Below, one piece after another: positions 1-12,251 of a stretch of DNA of 64,000 nucleotides. This stretch comes from Cenococcum geophilum (Eukaryota): NCBI GenBank assembly GCA_050273025.1, contig CP158636.1, forward strand, positions 8,742,001-8,806,000. Reading direction: 5' to 3'. Position 1 is the stretch's first letter. Every line of letters begins with the position of its first letter. The notes under the pieces are model-generated. The model ran no database searches. It was not told the DNA's origin and saw only the letters and a program-made list of their open reading frames with translations. The position numbers and the translations under genes are program-made.

Positions 1-1432
1 CACGTTCGTGCGTGGCATCGTGGTGCGGTTTGCCAAGTACGAACTCCACGAGCGGCTAGAGAAGAAGCTGAACGAGTCCAGCCGCGTGGATCTAATGGTG
101 CGGAAAGCATTGAAAGAGAAGCACGTGATTGATTCTCTCTGGCCCGCCGCGGCGAAAAGCCCTTACGACCGCGTGCAGCAGGGCAACAAAGTGCGCGGGT
201 GGTACGGCGACATGTTCGCAAAGTACTTCCGCTACTTGCACAGCGTGGACGACTACAAGCTGCGGCCCGAAGTCGACGACCGCATCCGCCGCAGCTCGCA
301 GCTCATCCTCGTCCCCCACGTCGACCACCTCGTCTTCGGCCCCATCGAGCCCATCCTCCCCATCGCAGCGAAAGGCGTCGTGCACACCCGCTCCTCCAGC
401 ACCCGTGACGCCAGCTTCGCGCACCCAACCATCCGCCCCGACGCGCGCGCCGACCGCTTCGAAATCCGCTTCGATGCGCCCTCTTACCTCTCCGAAACCC
501 ACACCCGCAGCGTAGTCCGCACGACCGACTGTCTGAAATGCGGCACCAAGCGCGACGTCACCGTCGTCATCTCCCTCGACCCGGCCCCGGGCCCCGTCGA
601 GCGCAGCAAACACTCAGCCGCGAGCACGGGAGCGGGAGCAGGAGCGGGCCACCACACTTCCAACACCTCCGCGCCCCTCGCCGCACGACGCGACTCGTCC
701 AAAGCAGCGCAGAAATATAGCCCAGGACACGTGCTGCCGGTCAGCGAGATCCGCACGCCGGCCGCGACGCTGGACGCGACGCCCGCGCTGCAGCACGACC
801 GGAGCAGCACCGCGCGCCCCGCCAGAGCGCCCCCGAAGCAGCAGCAGCAGCAGCAGCACCGCCACCACCACCCTGACGGCTCGAAGCCGGAGAAGCAGAC
901 ACCAGCACCCTCGAGCGCGCCTGCGCGGGAGCGAGCGAGCAGCGAGACCCAGACCCCCACTGACCCCCCCGCCAACGCGCGCAGCAGCCTCAGCTTCAAC
1001 ATCCTCTCCCTCTGGCCCGCCCGCGCCGCCGCCGCCGCCGCTGACCCCGCTGACCCCGCTCCCGTCACCAAGGCCGTCACCACCACCACCGCTGTCTCCG
1101 CTGCCCCACCTCACCCCCCAACCTCACCGCGCACGCATCCAACCCCCCGACCCCCTCACCTTGCCGCTCCGCCCTCGCCGACCATGCTCCCGCTCTCCCC
1201 GCCGCCGCCGCCGCCATACCGGCTCCCTGGCGAAGCGAGTCTGCTGGATACGGATGTGCCGCTAGCTACGGAGCCGCAAGAGGCAGGGTGGGGAGACGAG
1301 GAGAGGGAGGGGACAGAGCGGGAGGGACAGGCGGAGGAAGGGGAGGAATGGGGGCACAGCGCACGGCGGATGGCGAGTCCGGAGATTGTGGATGAGGCGC
1401 GGGAGGCGGCGAGTGTGTGGATGGAGGGGTAG
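1..1432 (+). CDS. Hypothetical protein, 5'-truncated by the window edge; globular N-terminal part and a long low-complexity Pro/Ala/Gln-rich C-terminal tail
   Basis: Frame is open from base 2 to TAG at 1430-1432, with strong GC3 codon bias. No family recognised. Confidence 0.75.
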   Translation, partial: TFVRGIVVRFAKYELHERLEKKLNESSRVDLMVRKALKEKHVIDSLWPAAAKSPYDRVQQGNKVRGWYGDMFAKYFRYLHSVDDYKLRPEVDDRIRRSSQLILVPHVDHLVFGPIEPILPIAAKGVVHTRSSSTRDASFAHPTIRPDARADRFEIRFDAPSYLSETHTRSVVRTTDCLKCGTKRDVTVVISLDPAPGPVERSKHSAASTGAGAGAGHHTSNTSAPLAARRDSSKAAQKYSPGHVLPVSEIRTPAATLDATPALQHDRSSTARPARAPPKQQQQQQHRHHHPDGSKPEKQTPAPSSAPARERASSETQTPTDPPANARSSLSFNILSLWPARAAAAAADPADPAPVTKAVTTTTAVSAAPPHPPTSPRTHPTPRPPHLAAPPSPTMLPLSPPPPPPYRLPGEASLLDTDVPLATEPQEAGWGDEEREGTEREGQAEEGEEWGHSARRMASPEIVDEAREAASVWMEG

Positions 1433-1799
1433 GTGTTGTGGCGTTAGGACTGGGGCTGGGGCTGGGGTTGGGGCTGAGGGGAATACCTGGGATGGGTGGG
1501 ATGGCGTTGGGTTGGGACCATCGGGTGGCTTTGGGGGGTATGGCGCGTCTGGATTCAACGAAAAAGCTCGAGATGATCGTAATGATAATCAGCAACTTCG
1601 CTATATACACATCTACCCATTATTTTTCGCCGTCTTACGCAAAAGGCCATCGTTCTTGTACGCATATTTACAGGAGAAAGGACAGTTGGGAATGGATCGA
1701 ATCGACTCTCGGCTATCCAGAACCACCAGACTTGCAACCACAGCTACCCCCCTGGTATCAACAGATCCAACCACACCCAAGCATTGCGGTAACAAAGCA

Positions 1800-3209
1800 C
1801 TAAGTGGACGAGCTTTTAGGCGTTTTTTCCATGGTCGCGCGCGGTCACTAGCGCCTCGGATGACGTGGGATAGATCACCGACTGCATCATGCGTTCTAAG
1901 ACCTCTACAACACCCGAAGACTTCCGTTGCTACCCCAGAGCCATCGAGAAGAGGGGAGGGCGGTGTTGAACTCACCAGGCAACCGAAACGGGAAATCCAA
2001 TGCCACTAGCATGATGGCAAAGAAGATCCACCACCCGCACGCACCCGTCACGAACGTGCACGCGCCTGCTGTAGTCTGTAGTCGGCCGGCTAGCGCAACG
2101 TTGCCTAGATCCAGGTTCCAGTAGGCGCTGGCGAGGCAGGCGAAGGCGGCGACGATGGTGAGGAAGATGATGAAGAAGACGATGTTGGTGCGTAGTGAGC
2201 AGATTAGGTAGATGAAGCACATGAGGCCCATGGCTAGGAAGAAGGATGGGATATGTTAGATTGGGAGCACTCGTAAGGATTTAGAGTTATGGAGGGCATG
2301 GTGTGCGAGAAGGCCTTACCGAAGCTGGAACGGAATCCGACGGTGTTGATGCCATCAGCTGGGTTGGATGTTGTCGGGTAGGCGCCATACGCGTTGTAGA
2401 AGGGCTGGAGGGTTGCAGCCCATGAGAGCCAAAAGGCGTCGAAGCCGGTGAAGACGATGAAGGGGAAAGTGTTACCGATTATCCACTAGAGAAAGCTCAG
2501 TCTGAGAATTTACCATGTTACCATCCACAATGGGTCGGAAAAAGTAAGTTTAAACGAGTAGTACCTTATGCAAATATGGGTTATGGAGGGCTGAATGGGA
2601 ATAGTGTATATGTGTATTGATTGGTATGTTTCCATGAGATCACATACCTCACCAACGCCTCCCAGAATCATTAGAAGACCACCAAAGAAGAAGTATGTTC
2701 CGATTCTACCAGCACCGTTTCCACCAGCACCGCCAATAAGATCGCAGCTTAGCAGGGATAGACTTAGCAGAAAATCAATCAGGGCCCTGGGCTTATTAGT
2801 AAGATTATCATAAGAAGATGAAGTCTGAGGGGACAAGTTAAGAGACGGTGAGCTTACAGTGGTGTGGGGTTACCAAAGGCCTTTCGTAGATCACGTGTAC
2901 CCTGTTCTGAGGAGACAGATAAATCTTCTCGAAGAGTTCGGGAGAGCTTGAGATGCTGCCTACAGTGCGGATTCGCTTGGGAGCATCATCGGAATCATGG
3001 TGTGCGCCGAGATGATACGGGTTACCTAAGGCTGCATTGTCAGGTACTGCGAAGACAGGAGAGGAAAGCTATCGATTAGTCGAAAAGGAATTACCGTTGT
3101 TGCTGAAATTTTTCTCTAGGGGGGCACCAGCACCATTAAGATGGGGAGCCAGAGCAGTCAAGTTGGCGTTCTCATGAGTGGTGCTGTAGTGTTTGGTTCG
3201 TGTGCCATG
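1800..3209 (-). pseudogene. GPR1/FUN34/YaaH-family (Ady2/AcpA-like) acetate/carboxylate transporter, probably pseudogenised
   Basis: Exon translations: SPELFEKIYLSPQNRVH/GDLRKAFGNPTPL, IGTYFFFGGLLMILGGVGE, WIIGNTFPFIVFTGF, SLRTNIVFFIIFL, GWWIFFAIMLVALDFPFRLP/VGDLSHVIRGAS. There is a 1-nt frameshift at ~2893 (CAC-GT-GAT), the ATG at 3209 is out of frame with exon 1, and an acceptor near 2246 looks mutated (CAT for CAG). The 3' end is approximate. Confidence 0.8.
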
Positions 3210-4688
3210 ATGACAACAGACTGATAATTGAATGGCGATGCAAGGACGAGACTAAAAGTGGTTTAAGGCAAGGAGCTGGACTAGTTTGCTTCAATGAAGT
3301 TCTAGTAATGCCGCGATCTTACTTCAGGCATGGGCCATGATTCCAAGGAAATGACTGAGGGAATTGGAGTTAAGGGGACGGGACGGACCAAGACTTCAAA
3401 TAACGGCTCTCAACGACGACTCCGCACTGGGACTTTAGCGGTCGACCAGGGGGGAACGACAGTTTGAGACGATCAGCCTAGAACGTGGACGCCCCCGGAT
3501 CAAAGGGCGATAGGACTGGAAGGAGTACCGCACGGCTAGCAAGGCCGGCATAACGATATGAGTGGTGCACAACGACTGGCTTGTTGTCTGACGGGCATAA
3601 GAAGCACAAGCCAAACGAACTGCCGATGCCGGTTTACTCCTAGGTGCTAGGCCCTGGCTGGGTGACTACAGGGCTCACTTAGAAGACCTCTATCTTTCCC
3701 TGCAGGGCTGTGAAGGTTTGCTTGGGACCCGTTGAGCTGTAGAGAGCTTTATTTGATGTCGCCGACGGGCTCACGGAGCGTCCAGATGTTTGGGATGCAC
3801 TAGACTTAGTTACGAACCGGGGGATGTCTATTGGTGAGGTCATGGCTTCACATGACTTTAGTGGTTGGAAAAGTAATTGGTTGGAGTCAGGTTGGCGGAG
3901 GGCGAAGGAGACGAGACAGAAGGAGACGGCAGCGGTGGCGAGGAAAATAGTGGGCCGTGCGGAGAGGCTGGGGTGATCATCAAGACTGGGGAACATCTCG
4001 TCTTGCTTTAAAATCGTCTATGTTGTTGGAGCCATTTGCCTGGGCATCTTTATTCCCAGGAGCGACCTCTACAAGACCTGTATGTAGTCAGTAACTGAGG
4101 CCATCTCAGCCGAAACGCTTTGTTCGTCATCAAGAGCATGCCCTGTTCAGATCAAGGGTTGATCGGTGGTTGATGTTGAGACACTAGAAGTTGGCGGTGG
4201 CCGTCTGATGAGACGAGATGAACCGTCGGCAGACTGTGATTAACTCAGCCAATGACTTGCCAATTTCGGGAGGGCTATTTTAATGCACCGTCTCCTGCGC
4301 TTTGCAAAGCTGACTGGAGAAATGATCGTCCTATTTCGCTTCCAAAACGGACGAAACCGTTCCACACTCTCCGCACAATTCTATTCAGTGAAACCGACTC
4401 GCAGCGTTGGGTCCTGTGGAGCCATGCCAACCACCGGTCTACATACCCTAACTTGGACGTGACTGACTTTTCTTATTGCATGCTACGAAGGGGCCAGGAC
4501 TGCTGACACGGTTTTGTTGGTAGAACGACCGGGAGCCAAGAGTCTTTACGAGATCCCAATTGGATTTCTTCGTTCCTAACTTCTACCATCGGGAAGCGTG
4601 AGGCATTGCGGCAATGTGGTCGGACACCAGAGAACCAATTGAATTCCATGCTATAAGTCTAACATCTAAACCGAAATATCTCAGAGCG

Positions 4689-5387
4689 CTATTGCGGCTT
4701 TTTGGGAAGTACAGTTATGAGCTTGCTAAAGAAATGGCTTATGAAGTGTTGTTTAGTGTGGCGAACTCCTGCAGAACAATGTCCATCATCTCCGTTAAAT
4801 AGATGCCAAACGAAGCCCGGATTGAAAAGGAACGGTGGATCCAAATGCGCGACAAATACCACGTGAGCCAGATTGTCCATTCTTAAGGAAATTTCACATG
4901 AAGTAGCGACATTCTTCACATTGGAGAGCCAGCCTTCGTAGAATTTTAGTACCAATGACATCGACACCATTTTCAAGTTTTTGAATAAGAATTCTAAGCT
5001 CACTTCGGACATGATGGCCGGGTAAGCGCAAGGTTTGTACCGCTCGTAGCGGCGATTGAGGCAGGGATAGCCCTTCGGCATATGATCACTCTGGCTCTTA
5101 ACTGTCCACAATTTGGTCCGGTGGGGAAACAAAAATTCAGTTTCATGGAAATACGCATTCATCGTCTCTTCATTCATCTGATGGCATACCGGGAGCATGT
5201 TGATGGATATACCGCGTTCTTGTCCACATGTGAAGAGGCTTCCATAATCTGACGGTAACTCACCCGACCGGACAAAATGCAGGTAAATAGCTGGTTTGCC
5301 GAGCGTGTATGAGTATACCGGGTCCCGAAGTTCTCTCAGAAGTTGTCGAACGTTGAGGTCACTGTCAAGTACCACCTTATGACTCAC
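4689..5387 (-). CDS. Hypothetical protein with an LxRELRDxVYxY N-terminal motif common in fungal F-box-like proteins; may be degenerate or continue upstream (5569-6045)
   Basis: 232-aa ORF: QLLRELRDPVYSY...MLPVCHQMNEE. Family assignment is weak. Confidence 0.35.
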   Translation of the reverse strand: MSHKVVLDSDLNVRQLLRELRDPVYSYTLGKPAIYLHFVRSGELPSDYGSLFTCGQERGISINMLPVCHQMNEETMNAYFHETEFLFPHRTKLWTVKSQSDHMPKGYPCLNRRYERYKPCAYPAIMSEVSLEFLFKNLKMVSMSLVLKFYEGWLSNVKNVATSCEISLRMDNLAHVVFVAHLDPPFLFNPGFVWHLFNGDDGHCSAGVRHTKQHFISHFFSKLITVLPKKPQ

Positions 5388-6583
5388 ACCCTGTTTCTTG
5401 CCATCGTATGTCTTACTATCTATTTTCTATTACCTATTCATTACCTATCACCGACTGAGTGGCAATACCGACCTTGTGGCGATTGAGTAATAGTTCCAAA
5501 TCGTCGTCAGTGTCGTCGTCAATCTTTTGCCCCTACCTCATGTATATAGAGAGCTTCTAGAGCCAGCTTCAATCGACAGAGTTCTTATGAGTGACTTGTC
5601 CGTCCGACAGAAGTCCAAACAGGTTGAAACTAGAAACCTTCGAGAAATATGTGGTTGGAATTACGCGAGAATGAAGCTTTGAAAATCTCTCTGAAGTTCT
5701 GGCCAATGAACCTATCTTTGGAGCACCCTTTGATGGGCCTCTCTCATGGCAATGGTGCAGCTTGCGGAAGACATGGTGTAAGGATCTAACGAATCGACTA
5801 TCCTTGAATGCAGGTAGTAAAGCTCTAGAACTTCTCGGCCTAGGAACAGATGTATCAAGTGTGGCCAGGTTTCTGAGGTCTGAAGGGTAATAGGCGTATA
5901 CTTCAGTGGATGAGTGGTCAGCGCCATACAAGGGCTGGATCACATCCTGGTCTATTTCGTCTGACGGTAGATTATAATTCCAGTCCGTTTCCCCAAATGA
6001 GAAATCTCCATCCCACATTGACTCATCCCTTCCCAAAGCCAGCAACTGGTCTATCCTACTCGGTACGGTGAGATCGTGCTGGATTGGATCTATGATCTAC
6101 TCATATACTGCTGAACCCCAAGCCGATTGACTATAGTCCTAATGAAAGATTGTCTAGTATAAGTAGATTAGGCGCGTTGTTAACGAGAAACGATGCGGTT
6201 GTCGATAGGTTCGTGCTGGTGCAGAACAACAAGAGCGAGATTCATTCAAGGCCAACTTTTAAATAAGAAGTTAGAAGTTTTCGAGTGAATAATGTCAAAT
6301 TATATCTCACCACTTAATAAGCCGCCGCGCTCTTACGAGCCGCAATTCCAAAAGACTATCATTCAATCTATCATGCCTGTGAGCCGTCCTCATGATAAAA
6401 TCTATGCAATCTAGGATATATGAACATATTCAGTCCCATTTAACGATCATTACCGTCCAGAACCTTCGAGTAACTCCGCATTCCATTTAACACCATGTTG
6501 TCAGTCTTCACTTCATCATGACCGTGATACAAGGCCATTCAGCAAGTGTGTTCACCAACGCCGTGTGGCTTCACGCCCCGTTC

Positions 6584-7493
6584 TTATTTCTTCAAATGCG
6601 ATCTAGGCACCTTTCCAGTAGAGTCCCAAAACTGATTACGTTCCTGTATCGTAGCATCACACCAGGCTTTGATTTCAGGAAGCTCGATCCTCGTTCCAAC
6701 CCGCGTGAATTCACTGAGATCAACACGGCCCTCGTTAGAGCGCTCATATTCCACCATTTGGAGAATGAGCTCTATCTTATCAATGTCATGGACGAATTTC
6801 GCCTCCAGTGTCTCACTGTCCTCGTACTCCTGCCAAATTCGACGTATTTCCTCCCCGGATAATCCGCCTCCGACTTTTCCAAGCAATCTTTTGCAAATGT
6901 AGTCCATAGTCTCAGCTTCTCGTCGCGACTTTTCCTTCTTCGAAATACCATCGACCGGTGTGATGTCGCCGACGAGCGCTTCTGCCATATCGTGGATCAG
7001 GGCCATCTTTGTGCAGCGCGGGATATCAAGACGTGAGGATAATGACGGAGGAGCAAGCATTGTCAAGATAGACATCCTGTACATATGATCACTTATGGAT
7101 TCGCCATTATCTATGTCAAATCGCTGCCAGCCCGCGCGCTTCGTAGTCTTTAGGCGCTCAAGGATATGGAAGAATGGCAGAGGAGAATCGGTGTTTTCTT
7201 GAGGACGATGAGACATGGTGGAGAGAACTGCGTTCATAGAGTTAGAATGCAACACATAGGAAAGATGAATATAGGTTCAATGCTGCAGAGGTCTGCGTAC
7301 GGAGCTGGATTGAATACCCGCCCTCAACATACCACTCTCTGGGGTCCAATCGGCTGCCTGTACATCACCCTTGGTAAGAATGCTGGTATCAGGGCCTGCT
7401 GAAAAGCGTTAGTAGGTGAGGAAGTTGAAGTGACGGGGTTAAGAATCTGCACGTACCTGGAGGTTCATTGGTTTGGGCAGCGTTTTTAATCAT
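6584..7493 (-). CDS. HD-domain 5'-deoxynucleotidase (HDDC2/YBR242W/YGK1-like)
   Basis: Three exons with GT-AG introns: 7493-7457, 7398-7333, 7227-6584. Motifs LKTTKRAGW, ESISDHMYRM, IHDMAEALVGDITP and FVHDIDKIE. Confidence 0.93.
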
Positions 7494-7695
7494 GATGCCT
7501 GCGGGGTTTGATAATGATAACTACTAGAATTAAAATTTGATAGAGGTCAACTAGGGTTCAGAGTAAGTCCAGTTGCAGAAGGGTGGGATGAGGTATTTGT
7601 GGCGGAGGACCTTGAAGAGCTAAAGGTTTGCTGCCGACGTGAAGAGTTGTTGTTCACGATTCTGCCCGCAATCAGAGTTGCGGAGGATAGGCCGG

Positions 7696-7944
7696 CTGTA
7701 CAGCGTAGAAATAAGCGGCCGATATTGGCACATGCGCAACCACCAAAAATCGATTTTTGAAGATATATTACTACCCTAATACTTTGTCATTTGCCCATTA
7801 CGTCTTTTATAATCGTGTAGACGCTTTATATAGTACTTGTATATATTCTAAATTATCTTCTAGTCCATCTCCTCCTCAAACAATCGTCGATTTTTGGTGG
7901 TTACGCACGTGCCAATATCGGCCGCTTATTTCTACGCTGTACAG
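7696..7944. mobile_element. 249-bp MITE nested in the hAT terminus
   Basis: ~58-bp TIRs (CTGTACAGCGTAGAAATAAGCGGCCGATATTGGCAC...). 5-bp TSD GCCGG at 7691-7695 and 7945-7949. Absent at the equivalent site of the copy starting at 39294. Confidence 0.9.
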
Positions 7945-8249
7945 GCCGGATAGGCCTCTCGGATAATAGGCCTATCAGCTGATAGTATCCGGAGACTATC
8001 CGGATAGTCTCCGGATAGTCTTGGCAAAATCCCCTTAATATGCTTATACTTGTAATGCACCTCCTAATATTAAATAAATAAATTTTCTATTAGTATAGAT
8101 TTATAGAGCTTACAAAGCGCTTTAAAATGGTACCACTTTTATCTAAATATCCTAAGGATAAGCAATATTATATAGATATAAAGCTTACAAGAGCTCTGCG
8201 GAATAAGGCTTTAGGGGAGCCGCGCACGGAGCTCTACCAAAGCTCAGCA

Positions 8250-8445
8250 AAAGCTCTGCACGAAGCTCTGCACGAAGCTCTGTATACGGAGGCTCTACAC
8301 GAAGCTCTGCGTATAGAGGCTCTGCACGAAGCTTTACGTACGGAGGCTCTACACGAAGCTCTGCACGAAGCTCTGCGTACGGAGGCTCTGCGTATGGAGG
8401 CTCTGCACGAAGCTCTGCACGAGGCTCTGCACGAAGCTTTTATAT
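8250..8445. repeat. GAAGCTCTGCAC-type 12/15-bp minisatellite (produces the spurious 'EALH' ORF)
   Basis: Tandem copies are directly visible; the same unit occurs at 37175-37520 and 39620-39820. Confidence 0.9.
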
Positions 8446-9927
8446 AGAGCCTCCGTAGTAGAGCCGTCGTACGTAGAGCCGTCGCGCAGAGCCTCTGTAC
8501 GTAGAGATTCGTGTAGATCCTCGTATAAAGCCTTATATAAAGCTTTTATATGCAGAGCCTCTATATAATATAATAATATTTAATTAAAAATATATATAAC
8601 TACTTAGCTAATAAATATTATTTTTGTAAAGATAAATATTATTTTTATTATAGACATCTAGACCTCTCTAAGCTTTAAATAATTATATGCTAAGAAATAT
8701 AGCTAAGGCTATCTAAAGACTATCCGGATAGTCTCTAAATACTATTAGCTAATAGGTCTATTATCTAAGAGGCCTATCTAGCCTATCCTTTATAAGTCTA
8801 TTAAAGATATACTTATAAAGAATAAACTATCCTATTTAGTTAGGCGGATAATAATACTATTTAAGGATAGCCTAGATATAATATCCAGATAAGGCTTAGT
8901 ATTTATAAAATTTTAACTATAAAACTAAATATTTTATTTCTATTATATAACACTATAAATATAGCTATTACTGCTTTATATAAAGCTACGTACGTAGAGC
9001 TTCTATATATAGAGTCTTTAATAGAGAGCGTTGTATAGAGCCCTATACGTAAAGCCTTTATATATAAAGCGTTATATAGAGCGTCGTATAGAGCCTCTAT
9101 ATATAGAGTTTTTAATATAGAGTATCGTGCAGAGCGTTATATAGAGCGTTATAGTATATTAGTGCTACGTATTAGTAAAGCCTTAGAGATCTAAATAGGG
9201 CTTTAAGTAGAGCTTTTGCAGAGCTTCGTGTAGAGCTTTGTGTAGAACCTCTACTATCTACTATAAAAGATCAGTAAAAATCGCCAAGTCGTAGCAGCGT
9301 ATATTGCCCTCCATTAAAACAATATACCCCCTATAGCCCCACTAATATAACTCTATATTTTATAAATAGAGCTCTATTTTATAGCTCTATTTTAGGGCTA
9401 TAAAATAAGCTATTATTTATAAAATATAGAGCGTTATTAGTAGGGTTATAGGGGGTGCTTTGCAATAGCTTAAGGCTCTCCACTAACTTATCCGACCCCT
9501 CCATTCCTAGAAATAAGTACCCCCTATAACTCTACCAAAACGGCCTTAAATTATATAAATAAAGGCTTATTTTATAGCCCTAGAATAGAGCTATAAAATA
9601 GGCCTCTATTTATAAAATATAGAGTTATATTAGTGGGGTTATAGGTAGTATATTATTTGGATATTATCCGGATATTATCCGATATCCGGGCTATCCTCGG
9701 ATAGGTTTATTATCCGCCCGACCGGATAGGATAATTTATCCTCCGCAAGCCTGCCCGCAATCGTGGGGCCGGTGCACGGGCGCCTTGGCTTTGCCGGCAT
9801 TGTTTTGAAACTCCGCAAACACAAACTGCCACGACGCCTCTACCATAATATGAACCCCCCCCCCACTCTAACTAATAGCATTGCCCTCACGTTTACTTAA
9901 ATATATGGAATTAAAGGGCTACTAGTC

Positions 9928-12251
9928 ATGCCTCGCTCAACATCAGCCTCGGGCGCTGCTCCAACAACAACCGTAAATCTAGCCCGCAGTTTGTCACTGA
10001 AGACAACTTCTGTGCCCACAAAGCCTTCAAATGTCACGCTCTTTATAACTAACTTACGCTTGCTGGACCTTGATTTACGGCCAGATTGGCCCTCAATTAC
10101 CACCCAAACTTTCTCTACGCAAAATGCTCAGCAAAATCAAAAGAATCGCATACGATCCGTAGAATGGGCATTATTCCGTCTTTTCGAGCTCTGGGATGTT
10201 GAAGAGACGCGGGATGTGAGATATAAATTAAGATTGATGTTGACACAAACTGATGTGGTGCCTTGTAGAAACTCCAGCCTTTTTTTCCACCTCTCGAACC
10301 CCTTCAATCCTTAAACCTGCGTGCGGCTCTTTACAGATCACTCAATGAATTGAAGAAGAATGGCTTGTTAGGCAGGGATTCCGTGCTCCGAAAGACTATG
10401 TTGGATGAATGTAAGAGTGACAAATTCATGGAAATACTCGTGCTATTCTCTACTGCTGTCTTGAAGAAATCAATAGGCGTTGGGAAACAAAGAGGCAAAC
10501 AAGAACCTGCTGTTAAAGCAATTGCTACTGCAACTGTGTTATCAGCAAGTCAGCAGAATTCTTTGCTTCCATTAGCAATTGCACACAGATCGGCGCTCAA
10601 GTCTATTCTACAGAAGAAGGAAGAGCAGAGGTCTCGATATACACACTCCTCAGATCTTCTAGAGACTAAAAACCAATCAATTCACCAGCGGAACAAGCAA
10701 TTCAATACCACCTTACAGCAAGGAAAATGTTCCGTTCAGCATGGCGATGCCATTTCTATAAAGCGGCAATTACGTGACAATTGGATCGGGAACACGACAT
10801 GGTTGGATATCATTCTCCACGGAAACGGGCAAGCTGAAGACGGCTATTTGAATGCACCGTTCCGTGATGTATGGAATACTATCGAAAAGGGCGGCTCTCT
10901 GCTAGAAGGAGCCAACAGTAGTGATTTGCTAGAGACGTTGGAGCTGCGCGTGGAGAAGCAACGGACGCGCTTGCAGAAATGGCAGTCCTTCCATGCAATG
11001 ATGACCGAATCAGACATGTCCTCTTCTCGTCAAAAATGCAGAACTGTCACCAAGAGTGGTATACCGGCTGAAAACTGCGAGTTTAACGCTCACTTGAGCC
11101 TGCAGCCAGGCATGCCAAAATCCACACAACGGGATACTCGTAAGGAGACTGCGGTATCCACGTCAAAAGTATCGCAAAAATACAAAGACATGGTCACAGA
11201 GATGAGAGAGGACATATCTAGCGCCTCGCAACAAAGGCGCGATCGAAGAGCAGCATTGCATATTCACCCGCGTCGAAGTTCGCTCTATTATTCTCCTCAA
11301 TCACCAATCAAACGCAAGAAATCACGTTCAGAAAGTGGGCCAAAGGAAACCTCAGATCTTCACAGTGTAGGGGAGCTTTCTCATACCGAAGAAGCTCCAT
11401 TAACAAAGAAAATTGAAAAACCAACATTTCCTCTTACGTCTAACAACCTGAGCACTCCGATCGATTCTGAAGCAACTCTGATCGGGAACTCGGTGGAATC
11501 ACTACCTCGAGCCTCACCCCCTTCAAATTCAAATGAGACTATGCGCCATGATGAAGAAGCTCAACTGGAAGCTTCTAGTAGTGCACAAGAGGTTACACAT
11601 GTGCACCCAGTTGCAGCATATCCTGAGTTACAAGCGAGGCTAAACCTCAGCAGCGAAGAACATCTTGCAGAACAAATAATTTCTTCTATAGGTGAAGCCA
11701 CTCCTTCACCAATCAAGAAGCCTCGTCCTTCGCTCATAGAAAGGACGCGAATGTCAATGGCTCATTCCAGCGCTTTTCAGGTCCCCGAAACACTCGAAGA
11801 AAGCCTTCCAGATGTGGCACCATCACTGCCAGAGATCGCTGAGCAACCGGCATTAGACCGCCGTGCTAGTCTAATAGAGAGAACACGACAGTCTATGTCA
11901 CGCATTTCGCAACAACCTCCTCAAAAATCACGCAGATCCATGGCATCAAAGGCCCGCCAATCACTCTTTCCAGTCAACCAATTTGAGACGCCTCGTAAGC
12001 AATCGCCAATTGAAGGAAAGAAGGGCGACTCGACTCCGAAGGAATATCTGTTTTCAGATCATGCGGATTACGACCATGTCTTTAAGAGCCGACCAAAGAT
12101 TGCGCAAAGCCCAGTCTTCACTCCGCAACACGACGAAGAGCTGCCAATGACGGAAAACGCCCTCGATTTAGACGATTCTATCATTCCGGAGGAAGTATGG
12201 GCAAGTTCCCCGCTTGGGAGAGCTGCAGTAATGGGAAGAAATCGAGTATGA
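9928..12251 (+). CDS. Augmin/HAUS complex subunit 6 (HAUS6_N domain; Aug6-like)
   Basis: Exons 9928-10215 and 10269-12251. Joined N-terminus FITNLRLLDLD...RIRSVEWALFRLFELWD...KLQPFFPPLEPLQSLNLRAALYRSLNELKKNG. Confidence 0.88.

Larger units (their letters stand above)
7673..9753. mobile_element. Non-autonomous hAT-family DNA transposon (derivative of the element at 39294-49232)
   Basis: TIRs CAGAGTTGCGGAGGATA...TATCCTCCGCAAGCCTG. Perfect 8-bp TSD CCCGCAAT at 7665-7672 and 9754-9761. Both ends are near-identical to the ends of 39294-49232. The interior is AT-rich and RIP-like. Confidence 0.92.

Noticed and set aside
92..2009. Many overlapping ORFs on both strands
   Set aside because: They are GC-rich shadows of the real + strand CDS and of the GPR1 relic.
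3679..3996. 105-aa ORF with a hydrophobic stretch
   Set aside because: No recognisable family or codon bias; not supportable as a gene.
4200..4236. Hammerhead-like core CTGATGA-GACG...CGTC
   Set aside because: The required GAAA after stem II is GGCA, and no stems I/III with a cleavage triplet were found.
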